Below are positions 1-14,043 of a stretch of DNA of 64,000 bases, in pieces. Each line of letters begins with the position of its first letter. Position 1 is the first letter of the stretch. Origin of the DNA: Takakia lepidozioides (Eukaryota; Plantae; Bryophyta); NCBI GenBank assembly GCA_030704615.1, contig CM060733.1, positions 23,560,001 through 23,624,000 of the forward strand. The letters are read 5' to 3'. The translations under genes and the position numbers were made by a program. Under the pieces are notes generated by a model, which worked only from the letters and a program-made list of their open reading frames with translations, had not been told where the DNA came from and did no database searches.

Positions 1-418
1 AGTCCATAACCGCTTGGGGCTAAAACAACCTAATGCAAAGACAAATATTGTGATTGGGATGTCACTATATTTACACTTGGAAATTTTGTGTAGTGCTTTA
101 TATTTCACGTCAAAGTAAAGTTGACATGAGAATACTAACAGCCGGCACGGCACGAAATCATGTGCAAAAACTATTCTCTATGACCAAACAAAACTTGGGT
201 GGCCAAAAATAATGACTCAATGACAACACTTAACTTAGCAATATTCTAGTCTACATCTCATTGTTTTGGTCCTCTCACATATTAGCAATAAATAAGATTG
301 ATCGTCACAACTCACACACATGTCTAGGCACTCCTTACTCATTTTGACTTCCTCTCATTGTTACAATTGTTCTAAAATCCCAAGTTAAGAAAAAGTTTTA
401 AGGCGGGAATCAGGTGCC

Positions 419-1381
419 ATGGCTACACTTTCGTCATTCTTGAGAAGTTTGGCACTGGGACTTGTAATGGCATGCGCTGTAGGCAACTACATAATGTCGA
501 AAGTTGAGTGCTTCCCGCTAGAAAAATTCAATACTATTGGACCATACTATTGGACGGATGTTCTTTTCTATCCCAATCAAACTGATTTTGTAATAGCAAG
601 GATCAATGGAACGGCAACCCAAGATAACTTTGGAGCATTCCAAATCTTTAACGATCCTCTCAGATTGGGTCCCAATGCAAATGACGCACTTCTAGGCCGT
701 ACTGAAGGCCACTTAGCACTTGTGAGTGCTTAACTTCCATATATCAATATTACAATGGTCATGTCTATAATGCACAATATGCTTAATTTACATGTACCAC
801 GACTGTTCATGTGTAGATTTTGCAAAACTTTACAAATTCAGTGTATTCAAGTATTGAAGCTTATAGGTTTTTCTTGTTCCTTGTTTATGTAAAATTACAA
901 GCTTACATTTAATTTGCATGCATATATGTCTATCTACTTTTATTGAACCCGTTGGTGGATCACAAATTAACAAACTAATTCAATAGATTTGCAAGAGTGT
1001 AAAAATAAAAAATAATAATAACTATGTTTCGAGTTAAATATGTAAGATCCAAACTTTTGCAACTTTCATAGTACATATTGTTTACAAGTGAATATTGTAA
1101 GACTCACCTATGGGTTTCTGGCTCTAAATTATCTACAGAGCAGCGTCGACGCACTTGATGGACCAATACAATTCACATTTGTATTGAACAATGGTACCAT
1201 CACCTTTGGAGGATACTTGGCGTACCCTTATGACAACCGCTATGGAATCATTACGGGAAGTGGTGCCTACAAGAACATTATTTGGGGCTACACTGATACG
1301 ACTTTTAGCTCGTTCGGCCTTGGCTTTGATCAGCTAGTACTCAAGGGCACTGTTTATTACACCACGTCCCATGACTACTAA
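419..1381 (+). CDS. Dirigent-like secreted protein, copy 1 (exons 419-721 and 1139-1381, about 181 aa)
   Basis: Hydrophobic N-terminal signal-like segment. FGAFQIFNDPLRLGPNANDALLGRTEG matches the dirigent FG..DDP...GRAQG motif, and GTITFGG...YGIITGSGAY matches the GGTG.F motif. Phase-0 intron with GTGAGT at 722 and CTACAG ending at 1138 joins the two ORFs in frame. Confidence 0.8.
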
Positions 1382-3054
1382 ACTCTTGATCAGCTTTTGA
1401 TAAGAGATGCAGTGCACTTTCAAATTTTTTGATGAAGTTGCTTGAAGGTATTGTGATTGAAATTTCATTGTAGTCATGGCTGGAAACATATCATCTACTG
1501 ATTTATGTAGTGATTTGTATGTCTTCACATCCATAAGTTATATGGATATTTAGAAAATAAAATAAAATAAAAGAGGAATAGGGAAAATAGGGACATCCAT
1601 AGCTCTGAGCATTCAGTAGCCTTATAGAAATTAGCATAGTTAATTGCGAAGTCTAGCATGCTGTCTAATCATATTCAGTTGGATTGGAGATAAACCATCT
1701 TTTAGGACATTCTCACAACACTTTTACTTCAAATCCTTGATGCTAGGTTAAAAGTTTGGAATCATTGTGTAGTTCCGAGCACCAAGACATTATATTGTAA
1801 CTTCATGTTGTGCTCACACACCATGTCAACCCCATTTTCAACTTGATGAGTAACTAACTTAATTTTTCTACATAGAATGATATTCCTTCCATCAAACCAA
1901 AGACTAGTTTCATTGTATCGTAAGTAAGACTCTACTACATCGTACACAATGGACTACATGCAGTCAAATAAATGATTGTACGTCAATGATACATATTGTC
2001 ATTTGGTTCATGATTCATAAACTCATAAGGTGAAAATAATTGAAATACAAAATAACATGACATGTGCGACACGAAAGTCATGAATGAGTTGGAAGACTTT
2101 TGCCGAAGCAAATGTAATTTATGGTGTCGCTTCACCCCGAATGTTTAATGTCTTCTATTTGAAAGGTGAACAAATCAAATCAACCATGTTCAATTCTTAA
2201 GCGGAGGTTGGTATCGCGTGAACACAAACTGACATGAGCAAGATACCACATCAACACAATCCATGGTTATAAGGGTAATATATTTGGAAATGGAATTAGA
2301 AATCATACGCAGACATATGGCATAGTATCAATAGGGTTAGTTACTTAAATACTAGGGTAGCCTATGCCGTTGGCCCAAGTGTCTAGTGTCATTTAAGCCC
2401 AAGTGCAATCCCCTATGTGTCCAAGTACATCTCCTATGTCGAGGCCCGTGTGTGAAGAATTTGCTATTTTTCACGAATTTCCAGTGCAATCTCCAATGTC
2501 ATTCCAACACTTAATTTTGTAATTTAAACCCTATTTTAACTAATTATGGACTTTTGGCTTAAATCCAGACCAAACTTAATATATATTTGAATTAAAATTA
2601 ATTCAAATGTTAATAATATCATGGTGTAATGTGTGATTGAACTTTGTGAAATTTCAGGTGATGTCATACTTGCTTCAAAATGTGACATATAAGATGTCCA
2701 TTTGACATTGAAGTGCTTGTGAAGTTGCAGTACTGAACAATTCATTGAACGTCCATTGAGAAGTCGAATGATATAATATTACATTATGTAATCACGATAA
2801 AGAAATGTGTCGAATCGAACATGGGGTAGACTCCTACTCTACCATACTCGATACAACTTGATAATAATTTTGATTGAATTTTCATGTTGACAAGCACAAT
2901 ATTCAGAGACAATGCCATTGGAATGATGTTTTGGGTGTGAGAATGACAGTAAAATATTAAAATAGCTTGAAACATTAGGAAGATGACCTAATATGGTAGT
3001 AAAATAAGGTTTGGGAGATATATTAAGTGCAATAAGGTCCAAGTTTGTGGTGAG

Positions 3055-4100
3055 GAGAACGGTTTAGGGTTTGGATTTAGGGTAGAAAGAGAAAAACAAA
3101 TATGAAAGACTCACCTCCGTAGAGTGTAAAAATGTAAGGAGAATTTGATATCCATGTAATCATTCTATCATACGTTATCCAACAAAATTTTAAAAAAAAA
3201 CATTAAAAGAGAAGATACATTTACAAGAGGTAACATGGTAGTACAATAAGGTTTGGAGTTTAAGTAGGGTATTACACTAAGGTTTTTGGTATATGGTAAG
3301 AGTAATGGTTTAGGGTGCTAAGGGTCAAGCTTAAGCTTAGGGTAACAATTAAGGGAAGGGTAAAGGGAAGGGTAAGGGTGTAGGGTTTGGATTTAGGGTA
3401 GAAAGGGACAAATATGGAAGACTCACACATGGTAATACACTAACTTGGTTTGGAGTGTAAGTAGGGTAGTACACTAACTTGGATTTTGGTATATGGTAAG
3501 AGTAATGGTTTAGGGTAGTAAGGGTCAAGCTTAAGCTTAGGGTAAGGATTAAGGCTAGGATAAAGGGAAGGATAAGGGTTTAGGGTTTGGATTTAGGGTA
3601 GTACACTAAGGTTTTTGGTATATGGTAAGAGTAATGGTTTAGCGTACTAAGGGTCCAGCTTAAGCCTAGGGTTAAGGGGTGATGGTAAAGGTACAAATGG
3701 ACAAACAAATATGGAAGACTCGCACTCACTAGAACTTGGTGTGTATGATAAAAAAATGAAAATAAAAATGGAGAAACGAATGTTATGGAAGAGTCATTGA
3801 GACGGACAAGTATTTAAATTAACGACTCGTCATTGGAACCTGGTCTTAAGATACATAGAAAGCACACTAGTATGCAAAGGTAAGTGCATGTGAATCCAAA
3901 ACAAATGAGAAAAGTAGCGCAAAAAGGAAGGGAGAAGAGATTTGGATTACCATAAGGTCCATAACCATTATTGGTTATGGTATGGATAGTACAATCCTAT
4001 TTGCAAAAGGAATGGTAAGGGTTTAGAAAAAAATGCTTAAGGGTCTTTTAGGGTAAAGGGTGTTACTAGGATAAGGTTTTACTAAGGGTTTTGGTTTAAG
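3055..4100 (+). repeat. Degenerate telomere-like (TTTAGGG/TAAGGG-rich) tract with local sub-duplications
   Basis: Recurrent GGTTTAGGGTTTGGATTTAGGGTA, TAAGGG and TTAGGG words. Interstitial and imperfect; also present in the duplicate at about 45620-46660. Confidence 0.6.
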
Positions 4101-4999
4101 TTAGAAATCGACAAACAAACATGGAAGACTCCACTCGCTAGATATAGACTCGCTTAGAGGAGGAAAATGAGGAGAACATGAGAGGTATAAGTTAAGGAGT
4201 GGCAAATTGAAAAGTATGGCAATAATGATAGGGTAAGGGTCCTCTTAGTGGGAGACCTCAGTTGGAGACTTGGCTTGAGTCAAGTGCAAGCATTGAGAGA
4301 CGGATTGGAATCGGCACAATGACAGGACATTGGAAAAAAACATTTAGACCGGATTGGAAAAGAAAGAATCCAGGGGTTGTGCAAGCATTTTTTTTTTTTT
4401 TGTGCACTGTCTGTTTTGTAAGTTCGAATCCCTCACACGAATATTTGTAGATGAATAGAACGTACAGCAGTGCAGAGTCCAGCACGCAAAAAAAAACTGG
4501 CCACTCAAGGTTAAGTGCGACAGAAAAATAAAACAAGAAGGATCCCCAAACGCAAACACGAAGGGAAAAAAATATAAAGAAATTTTTATATCTTAAAACA
4601 AAGGACCGGAAATGACCTCAACATTTAGTCCACGGACGGAAAATGGTTCGCAAGAAGGTAACCTTCAAGTATCTGGCTGAAGGTTAGCCTCATCCAAATT
4701 CGCGTACGCCTTCACTGCTTCCACCGCTGTAATTCTCTTTGTGCTATTTCTTGTCGTATTTTTTCGTGGCATTGTCCACACGACATTGTTCACGTGGATC
4801 CATTGAGCATGATCTGACGGGTTGTACTCCCAAACTTTTGACCAACAATCCATGTACCTCTCCAAGTCGGAGGGGTTACCTCATTTCTTCGGTCTCCACC
4901 ACTCCACCTTCACTTTCTTAAAATAAGGATCCTCTCTTCATCGGATGACATCTGAAATTGCCATTCTCATCCAGATCGGGCAAGTCGTTGGGTCATGAG

Positions 5000-5915
5000 G
5001 GCGAACGAGCACAAGAAATCCTTTCTCAATATCCTTGAACGGACTCAAGGGTATCATTGAACGCTCGCACCTAGGGCCACAGAAAGGTTATGGAACTTCA
5101 TCCTCATATTCTATATCATGCAATATCTGTGGCTTGATGCCATCCCTCCGATGGTTTGAGGACCAATTTGTTTTCCGCCAGCCTCAAGAAGTTGAATACG
5201 CTCCGGAATTTCCTGCATTGGCTTATCCAATTCGGCGAGAACATTTCCTTAGTATTGGTCATATTGTTCCATTACATCTCGGTAATGATCGTCAAGCAAC
5301 ATTTCTTTGGTCCAAACATCTCTGTATTTCTTAATACCATTTTTTTATGAAGGACTATTTTTCGGAGGAGTCGTCCCCGACTCCCCATATCGGTCTTCTT
5401 GGAACGGCATCTGGGTGTCCTTCAGGGAGATTTGGAGTCTCGTCAGGGTTGGACTTCCACATCTTAACGCTGGAGTTTTTTTGAAGCCACTCCGAATCAA
5501 TAACTGACTTCTTGTACTTCATAACGGGCCAGCCATCCACATCCTTAAAAAATCGAAAGACGTGCATCTCTGAGATCTCCACCAAAGCCTCATTTCCATT
5601 AAGAATACAACCCTTAACAAACTTCTTGAAGTCGGGAACCTCCTGAATAATTTGAGGAATGAATTGCATATCTTGGGAGATGATGAATGACCTCATCAAA
5701 TCCGGAAGAATGTAGGTGTTGCGTTCCTTTAGGTTCTTTGAGAGATAGCTGAAGAATCCGTCAATATCCTCATGGGTGTGCCCGACCATGAGAACCTAGC
5801 TGGATCTCTGCAAAGACATCTTGGGCAGTGAGGAGGGATAGGAAAACAAGCATCCATCTGTTCTTATTGTCCTTGGCGGAGTTGTCCATCTGCTAATAAA
5901 ATCGTCTAGGAAGTG
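5000..5915 (-). pseudogene. Degraded DDD-type transposase (Sola1/DUF7869-like)
   Basis: Minus strand reads PLPRRFY*QMDNSAKDNKNRWMLVFLSLL...IQLG, then after a frameshift MVGHTHEDIDGFFSYLSK. DN..KDNKN and GHTHEDID are signature motifs of this transposase class. One stop and one frameshift are visible. Confidence 0.65.
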
Positions 5916-6918
5916 GTCGAGCACCACATTTATCTTGCGGCCTGCAGGGTTTCAGAGCCTCCAACCATCTCGATTTACCTACTCATGAGCGCTTTAAAGA
6001 AATCATTTTGAACTGAAGTGTCAAAAATGTTCTTGGATTCCCGGTATGTCGGCTTTTCAAGTTGGCGCAGGCACCGAGCCAACGACCCAATTGTGAAGTT
6101 TGAATTTCCTTTCCAGAACTCAAGAAAAAATTGAGCGTGCGGATTATGACCTTTCTATCAAACAACGTCTTCATTGGAATTATGTTCCGAGGTAATCCGT
6201 TCATTATGTGTGCATTCCATTCAGGATGTGGAGTGCTCAAGGGACAATTTCCATTCCGTTCCCCTATGGAATCTGGACAAGGACAATGACGAAACAATTG
6301 CAACTTCTCGACTTCCCGACCCTGCAGTGTTGGCGCAATGTTCTGCACCAAGGAAGCGGCATAGAGCCCCCAAACCATTTCCATCTCTTATACAAATCGG
6401 TTCCACCAGAGAGCAGTCTGTCTTCAAAACAAAGCAGACTCGAGGAAAAAAATGAATACCTCGGACATACCGAGGTCTCGTCAAAACACGTCCGTTGGGA
6501 TCCCAAGTCCGTCAGCGAGACATTCTAATAAGGCTACATCGGTATTATTCGATATCATTTCTTTACTTTCTTCTCTTTTGTGTTTGTTTGGTTCTGCACT
6601 AATTAACTCTATCTTTTATCAACAGGCTGGGATGCAACACGATACATTCGTCAGTTTCCCTCCGTACAAGGTACTTTCTTGAACCTCCACTTGGCAGTCG
6701 ACGTTCCTCTTCTTCGCAATATTTTCGCTCCTCTCGAAACATTTCAACCCGCAACACGTACAGGTTTTGGCCACTTATTGCACGTTCATGTTGATCTTCC
6801 ATACACTAAATCATTCTGGGTCATGGGTATTTTCATGGCAGAAACACTAATGTCAGTGTGTGATTAACTTGCTCAGGATAACTTTATCTCTCATCATTTA
6901 CATGCAACAGCGGGGAAG

Positions 6919-7496
6919 ATGAAACGGATGTTGTTAATTTTGAGTGTCAACGGACTCTTCTGCTATCGGCCACCCCCAACCGGCGGTGAACTGTTTAAGG
7001 AGAAATTTTGTTTCAGGAATGTGACACTTCGAGTTCCTGACGGACCGTTTGTGGTGCCTCGGCCTGGAGTCTTAGAGTTTCTGGACCTTGCATTGAAGCA
7101 TTTTCACGTGGCCATTTGGTCATGCGCTGATAGAGGTGTTCTTTGTAAGATGTTGGAGAGCTTCGTCCCCCGAAAATAACGAAGAAGTTTTGCTTCATAT
7201 GGTCAGCCAAGGATTGCAAAGATACTACCGGTTATATCAGGTCCGGGATGAAATATCCCGTGAAGGATATTTGCAGTGTTATTGCCAAGTTCCTTGGTAG
7301 ACCGTTTGCTATGCATGGGCAAAACCTTCTTGTAGATGATGAGCCATCAAATGGCCTGCGAAACCCACAAAATACTGGATTCTTCCCTTTCTCATTCAAG
7401 CCATCACCAAATGGCTTGCGTGATCGGGATGATATGACAAAGGTAGTGTGGCCATACATATCGGAGATGGCTGGAGCTTCAACAGTCGTTGATTAA
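6919..7496 (+). pseudogene. FCP1/NIF-like HAD phosphatase homology remnant (frameshifted; motif-I Asp absent)
   Basis: LLILSVNGLF, RPGVLEFL...HFHVAIWS and NLLVDDEPSNGLRNPQNTGFFP match FCP1-homology motifs (LLvLDlNG, RP...FL...F.vaiWS, lLiDD.p.k...NP). Split over two ORFs. Confidence 0.65.
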
Positions 7497-8539
7497 ATTA
7501 GCGATAACCGGGCAAAGTGTTCTCATAAGCTTAAGGTCGAGACCATGCCTGCTGGGCCTGGTATGGAAGATATCGTGATCCTCGTGTTTGGATCCCACAA
7601 CAAAAAAAAAATGCTTACCTTGCTAGGCACGTGGATCCCACTATTCTGTTGTTTGTTTAGAATTGGATTTTCCAATTCTTTTGTATTTGCATTTGCACTC
7701 TTACCTGAACAAATTCTCATTATGCAAAACTTCCACTTTGGGCCTAACATTTGTCATTTCCACCGTTTGTCCCCAGTTACATTCAAGGAACGAATTCTAG
7801 AAGAAAAAGAAGAGTTGCGTGATTGGGAAGAATGGCAGGCGTATCGGAAGGCTTCAAGGGCATCAAGTAGAGTTGGCAGTAACATTTCAGATGACAATGT
7901 CAGCCGGTTTCACCTTCCTGAAAATATCTCCGTTTCTTTTGGTGCGAAGACCATTGCTAACCGGAGGCGTCTTCGGACACATTGACTGCGAGCCGTTTGG
8001 GAGGAGGCTCAGTATTATTAATGAGTTAGTGTAAGCCGTAACAGTTCTATGGCTTCAGAATCTATGGCTTAACAGTTGACATTATTTTTTTTGTTGGTTC
8101 ATCGCCAATGATACAATCTCAAATAAAATATGTTTGATATCATCAATCAGGTCCCAACCGACTCATTTTTCCATGTTGTCATCTTCATCACGTGCCATCA
8201 TTGTTTCATATTTGGTTCTGCCATTGTTCCATGTTTGTTTGTGTATGTCATTTTGGATATCGGAGCTCTCATCATTGTTTGATTCATTGCATCTTTCCAT
8301 TCCTTTTAATGAACGTCAACTTGGCAGTGGATGTTCCTCTAAGACCACAATACATACTTGTATTTCTGCGTAGAATGTGTGGAGGATTATATAATTCGTT
8401 GTTATATAGTGCACAAATAACCAAATAATTATAGATATATCTCTTTATTTATATTATAGATTATGTTTATTCATATATCTTATATTATTTCTGGACCAAA
8501 CAAAAGCGCAGAATTCGTTAAAATAATGTTTTTAGCTGA

Positions 8540-10480
8540 ATTTTCAGCGACCAAAATTGTTCATATTTCTATAATTCTCGACCCATAGGTCCAAATTTTG
8601 TGAAACCAAGTCGGTCCATCCCTACTCATCGAGGGCTTTCCAACGGTACCAAAATTGTGGCCTCTATCTAAGCCCAAGTGCAACCTCCAGTATCATTCCA
8701 ACACTTGATTTTGTAATTTAGTTGAATTTTCAGCGACCAAAATTATTTATTATTGCATAAGTCTCGGGCCAATCATTGTTGAAGTCCACTTTGCTATTTT
8801 TCACGAATAATTTCCGGTGACCTAAAGTACTTGAAACTCCACATCTCCCCCACCGTAGGTCCAAAAATCATGAGACCAAGTTGGTGCACCCCTCCTCGTG
8901 GAAGGCTTTCCAACGGTACCAAACACCAAGGCTGGGCCCGTAGTTTGGGAGATCTCAATGCTACAAAATAAACAAACTATCTTGCTTCATATATTGACTA
9001 GGGTAGCCTGTGCCGTTGGCCCAAGTGTCAAGTGTCATCTAAGCCCAAGTGCGTCTCCTATGTCGAGGCCCAAGTGCGACCTCTAGGGTAACCTCTGTCG
9101 TTGGCCCAAGGGTCCAATGTCATCTAAGTCCAAATGCATTTTTTTTTTCTACAGAGCCTACGACCAGATTTGAACTGGAGACCTTTCCCTTGATATCTCT
9201 CTCCTCTCGAGGCTCCAACCATTGTCCCAAGAAAGCCCACTTTGCTATTTTCGGAATTTCCAGTGACCCAAAGTACTTGAAATTCCACATCTCCCACACC
9301 GCAGGTCCAAACATCATGAGACCAAGCTCACCCCTCCTCGTCGAGGGCTTTCCAATGGTACCAAGCACCAGGGCTGGGCCTCGCAGTTGGGGACATCTCA
9401 AATCTACAAAACAAACAAAACAAAACAAACGCCTCGCTTCATATATTGATATGAAGCAAGGTAGTTTGTTTGTTTGTTGGCTCCTCTATAGAATAAAGAG
9501 GAGACTATGCATCAGTGTCAAAAATCGCTAAGCCGTTGTTGTGCCTTCCCCAAGTATCACCTCATCTCCTTTGTTAAAAACTTCTTCATGCCTCCAGGTA
9601 ACATCTCCCTCAGATAACATCTCTCTTATTGAACAATTTATGAAAGAATAAATGGATGAAGTTTTAAGTTTATTATGGATAAAAGTAGATTTCGCTATCA
9701 CAAAGAGGAGCCATACGCAACTAGTCACTTGTTTGTTTTGTTTTGTTTGTTTTGTAGCGTTGAGATTTACTTTTGGTCGTCGGAAATTCGCGAAAAATAG
9801 CAAAGTGGGCTTTCTTGGAACAATGATTGGATATATTACTACTCAATAAATTCATGGAAAAAATAAATTGGTTTGTTCAATATCAAGGTAGTTTGTTTTG
9901 TTTTGTTTCGTAACGTTGAGATCTCCCAAACCGCAGGGACCCAGCCCTGGTACTTGGTACTGTTGGAAAGCCCTTGATGAGGAGGGGTGCGCACAGACTT
10001 GGTCTTATAATTTTGGTCTCAGCAGATGAAGCGAGGTACAAAATCAAGTATTTTTTTCAAATTCTTCACACTTGGGCCTCGACATAGGAGATGCACTTGG
10101 GCTTAGATGGGCCTCGACATTATATTAAATATTATTAAAAGACTGCATGTGAAAAAAATCTGTGAATCAAGGTTGTTTGTTTGTTTTACTTTGTTTCGTT
10201 TGTTACGTGGAGATCTCCCAAACTGCACAATTTTAGTACTATTGGAAAGCCCTCGATGAGTAGGGGTGCACCGACTTGGTCTCAAAAAATTTGGACCTGC
10301 GGTGTGGGAGATATGGAATTTCAAGTACTTTTGGTTGCTGGAAATTCCTGAAAAATAGGCTTTCCTGCAACAATGCCGTGGAGATCTCCCAAACTGCAGG
10401 GTCTCTAGATACATAAGGGATTGCACTTGGACTTAGATGACAAATGGACACTTGGGCCAACGGCACAGGCTATCCTAATA
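8540..10480. repeat. Cluster of modular dispersed-repeat (MITE-like) fragments in both orientations
   Basis: The module GAGGGCTTTCCAACGGTACC / CCACATCTCCCACACCGCAGGTCCAAA recurs forward (about 8590-9370) and inverted (about 9920-10390). GGGTAGCCTGTGCCGTTGGCCCAAGTG occurs at about 2355 and 9000, and inverted at about 10470. Confidence 0.6.
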
Positions 10481-10756
10481 GTATATGATGAATATGATAA
10501 TATTCTTACTTAAAAACATAAACAGATAAAAATCTTTTCTTCGTATATTTTTTCTTCGTATTATTGAAAGAAGAAAACCCTTATAGTGCCATGATAATAT
10601 TTTAGTAGTTAAATGATACTTTAACTATATTATAATATCATAAACCACATCCAATTTGTGCCAACGAAGTATAAGATAACTCGTTCAACAGGGCCTCTTT
10701 CCTATCTTCTTGCTCACTTCTAACTCAGCATCTGCCAAGATATATCACATCTATTT

Positions 10757-10949
10757 TTATAAAAAAAATACAATTCAGGCCTTGAGGAGGGGGAAAAATT
10801 AACCCCCTTTCAGATAAGCCATTAGGCACACAGGTGGGAAATGTCACCACCAGACCAACCGGTCACGAACGATCCACACACCAGGCAGGGCAGCGGGTTT
10901 GAACCCCGAACCACTAGGGCGACACACTGTGCACTTACCAGCTGATGTG
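10757..10949 (-). mobile_element. Probable tRNA-derived SINE (about 190 bp)
   Basis: Minus strand has an A-box-like TCAGCTGGTAAG, a B-box GGTTCAAACCC and a T/A-rich tail. Flanked by the direct repeat CATCTATTT (10748-10756 and 10950-10958). Confidence 0.55.
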
Positions 10950-12229
10950 CATCTATTTGCCTTCTAGAGGGTTTCATTAGCGAAACTAGGGCTTCGCGTT
11001 GCTCCGCACTACTAGCGACGAATTCTGAGAACTACGTTCAATTTGCACAAAAGGGGTGGGTCATTTCCCATGGTGTTGCATCTGTTTATTGTTCAAAGGT
11101 AGGCTCCCCACCCTTAGTTTAAATTTCAGTCCACTGCCAACTGTATGTTGGCCCTTCATATCATCCTTTTAAGGTCTTCATGCTCAACTTCATTTCTGCC
11201 TTTCCCTCAAAGCCTGTTTAACATGACGGTCTTCCTTCCAATAAATTATCAGAATTAGATCAACATCAGTAACCTAGTTTAACCTGGCAAAGGTTCTATT
11301 TTTGAGCGGGCATGCCTATTATATTAATCACTGAAGATGGCAAAGGTTGAAATATCAAAATTACTAGAGACTCTTTCAAAATTGATTTGCCCAGGTGGCA
11401 TGGTTGCAATGAAAACTCTCGAGATCTCTAATGTTGACACAATATTCCTATGAGTATGATTATGATTCGCTAGTGCCTGTAAAGCTAAGAGGGAAGGTTA
11501 GTGTATATTTCAGACGTAGCCCAAACGTTATCATTGAAAACTGGCAAAGATGGCCAATGATTGAGATTGAGGGTTACGGCGGAGTGCTGCACAGGTCAGT
11601 ACACATCCCCAGGAAACAATAAAAACTCATTTTGTAGAAAGACCATGCAACAATCATTTACATTTTCAAGCAAGAAGTTCAATATGGATATTCACAGGGT
11701 AAAGGTCGAAGAGGGAAAGAGAAACATATGATCAGGTGTAGAGGTAATTGGCTGCCATCATTAAGTTCCAGCATAATTTTAGGTTCAATATAAAACTCGG
11801 TCTGCTTACCATTGCAATGCCAGCAAAATGCAAAGTCAACTCCAGACCTAAATTGGAAAGTATGAACAAAAGAGCACATGTAAGGAGTGTCACCAAATTT
11901 GGACTATCAACATCTTGAAGAGACTTAATTAGTAGCTAGACCTCTTCACTAATTTCATTAGCTATTAGGACCAACAAAAGTACTGACAAACTTTCTGAAG
12001 AATGGGTGTACTGATCTCTGGAAATCTTACTTCACCTAACTCCATCTCCGTAAAACTTCCTGTCACAATTACATGAGGTTCTTGTAGAGAGTTTCCTTCT
12101 GGAGAGTATCCTTCTGAGCCGGTTTGCTTTCCTCACTCTCCCTCTTGATACTCTCCATTGGCTTACATAAGCTCTAGTTCAGACTGCAGACCCCAACTTA
12201 CCAGGACAAACCCTCAATATGCTGTTAAC

Positions 12230-13440
12230 TTAAAGAGCAGTGACCATGGGAACTCCCATTATACTGGGAAGTTGTAGAGCATACATGATAGATTTTGCAT
12301 GGTTGAACAAACAGGCAAGACACAGACAAATGACAGCATGGATTTCCTTAATTCTGGGATGCAACTTGTCATCTACAAAAAAGGTGTGCACCCTGTTGCC
12401 AACCTCAATGCAGAAGCAACCTGGCTCCCTTCTAACCCCTCTAACCTTCACCATTTTCTCACCTTTGCAGTATCATCCCACCTACCAGCTGCAGCATAGA
12501 TGTTTGATATCAACACATAAGTCGCGGCATCCTGTTCATCCCACTTGAGGAAAGATGTTGCCGCACGTTCAGCCATCTCCACATTGTCGTGGATTCTGCA
12601 GGCACCAAGCAAGGCCTTCCACACCACAACATCTGGATTGATTGGCATTTTATTAATCAGGTTCACTGCCTCATCCAGTTGTCCCGCACGTCCAAGAAGG
12701 TCCACCATGCAGCCAAAGTGCTTTACTGTCGGAGTAACACCATGATCTTGACTCAGGGAATCGAAGTAGCGTCTTCCTTCATTCAGTAGGCCAGTGTGGC
12801 TGCATGCAGAGAGAACACATATAAAGGCGATATTGTCCGGCTTCAAGCCGTTCTTTTACATTCCTTCAAATAGTTGCAGGACCTCCCTATGACAACCATG
12901 TTGGGCATATCCTGCGATCATCGCATTCCACGACACCACATTTTGTTCAGTCACATTGTCAAATATTCCCTTTTCATCCTTAATGCACCCACATTTCGCA
13001 TACATGTCCACCAGGGCAATGTCCAGAATGATATTTGGTACAATTCCAACTTTGAGGATGTCACCATGCACCTCTTTGCCCTTTTCCAGGGCTGCCAAGC
13101 TTGCACAAGCATTGCAAACTCACACAAATGTGATGTTGTTGCGCTTCACCCCTTCCCCCATCCTTTGCTCATAGGTCTCCAAGTCCTCCCGCCCACGCCC
13201 CTGTTGTGCATATCCTGCAAGCATGGCGTTCCATGACACCAAATCTCGTTCAGCCATATTGTGTAGCACTCCCTCGGCATCCTCAATGCTCCCACATTTG
13301 GCATACATGTCCACAAAGGTATTGTCCAGAATCACATCTGGTACAATTCCAGTTTTGGCGATGCAACCATGCACATCTTTGCCCTTTTCCAGGGCTGCAA
13401 GGCTTGCACACGCACTACAAACGCACACAAATACACACAC
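12230..13440 (-). pseudogene. PLS-class PPR protein pseudogene with E/E+ domains
   Basis: Repeated motifs DMYAKCG..., VSWNAMIAGYAQHG, KPDNIAFICVLSACSH, HFGCMVDLLGRAG and VWKALLGACRIH, plus E+ (EPGC..IEV..RVHTF). Broken into four ORFs by stops and frameshifts. Confidence 0.9.
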
Positions 13441-14043
13441 ACTATATGTCTGCTGCTGGGAGGCGGGTTTGAAGATCTAACATCAGCGTAAAACATTATC
13501 GTACCTTGTAAAAGTCGGTGGGACCGATGCGTGAGAGAAAACTGCCCTCGGGAACATGAACCACCATGAATCGTATTTCAAATGCATCAAAAACCTGCCA
13601 ATCTCCGTTGCTAATGAATTAATTCAAGAGAGCTTACCCTAGGCCGAGTAAACGAGTACTAAGATCTTTCATTGTATATCAGGAAAGTTGCCATCAAGGA
13701 TCATATCTCCAGCCAACAACTCAACAGGTGATTGCACGCCAATGGTCGCCAGACCTATTCAGTAATTATGGCATTTCAATAGAAATGATGTAAACAAAAC
13801 TAGTTGCATCTCAACATTCTCCATTACCTGTGCCAAGGGGGTGGCCTGAAGCCTATGCGAAGACAGACCCGGGAAAAGAGATGGTCCGGAATCAAAGTGA
13901 TAGAATAGATTGAATGTCAAAAAAATGTGAGAAGATTCGCCTGCAATCTCTATCCCTAGATCATAACGAAACTTCAGCAGGTCTATACACGACTCGCGTG
14001 AGCTGTGTCTTTCAGGTTCTCGTGCTTGACATGTAGTTTGTTA

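Larger units (their letters stand above)
1..5536. repeat. Duplicated block, copy 1 (matches 42613-48110; may extend left of the window)
   Basis: Near base-for-base identity with 42613-48110 apart from scattered SNPs and small indels. The same ORFs recur at an offset of about 42.6 kb. Confidence 0.97.

Noticed and set aside
3055-4100. True telomere or chromosome-fusion scar
   Set aside because: No perfect TTTAGGG run, and the tract is duplicated along with its flanks.
9150-9245. tRNA gene on the minus strand (AGTTCAAATC T-loop-like motif)
   Set aside because: No convincing cloverleaf or anticodon arm, and it is embedded in a dispersed repeat. At most a tRNA-derived relic.
11900-12300. DYW deaminase domain after the PPR E+ region
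   Set aside because: No HSE, CxxC or DYW motifs were found. Homology stops after RIKEIHA.
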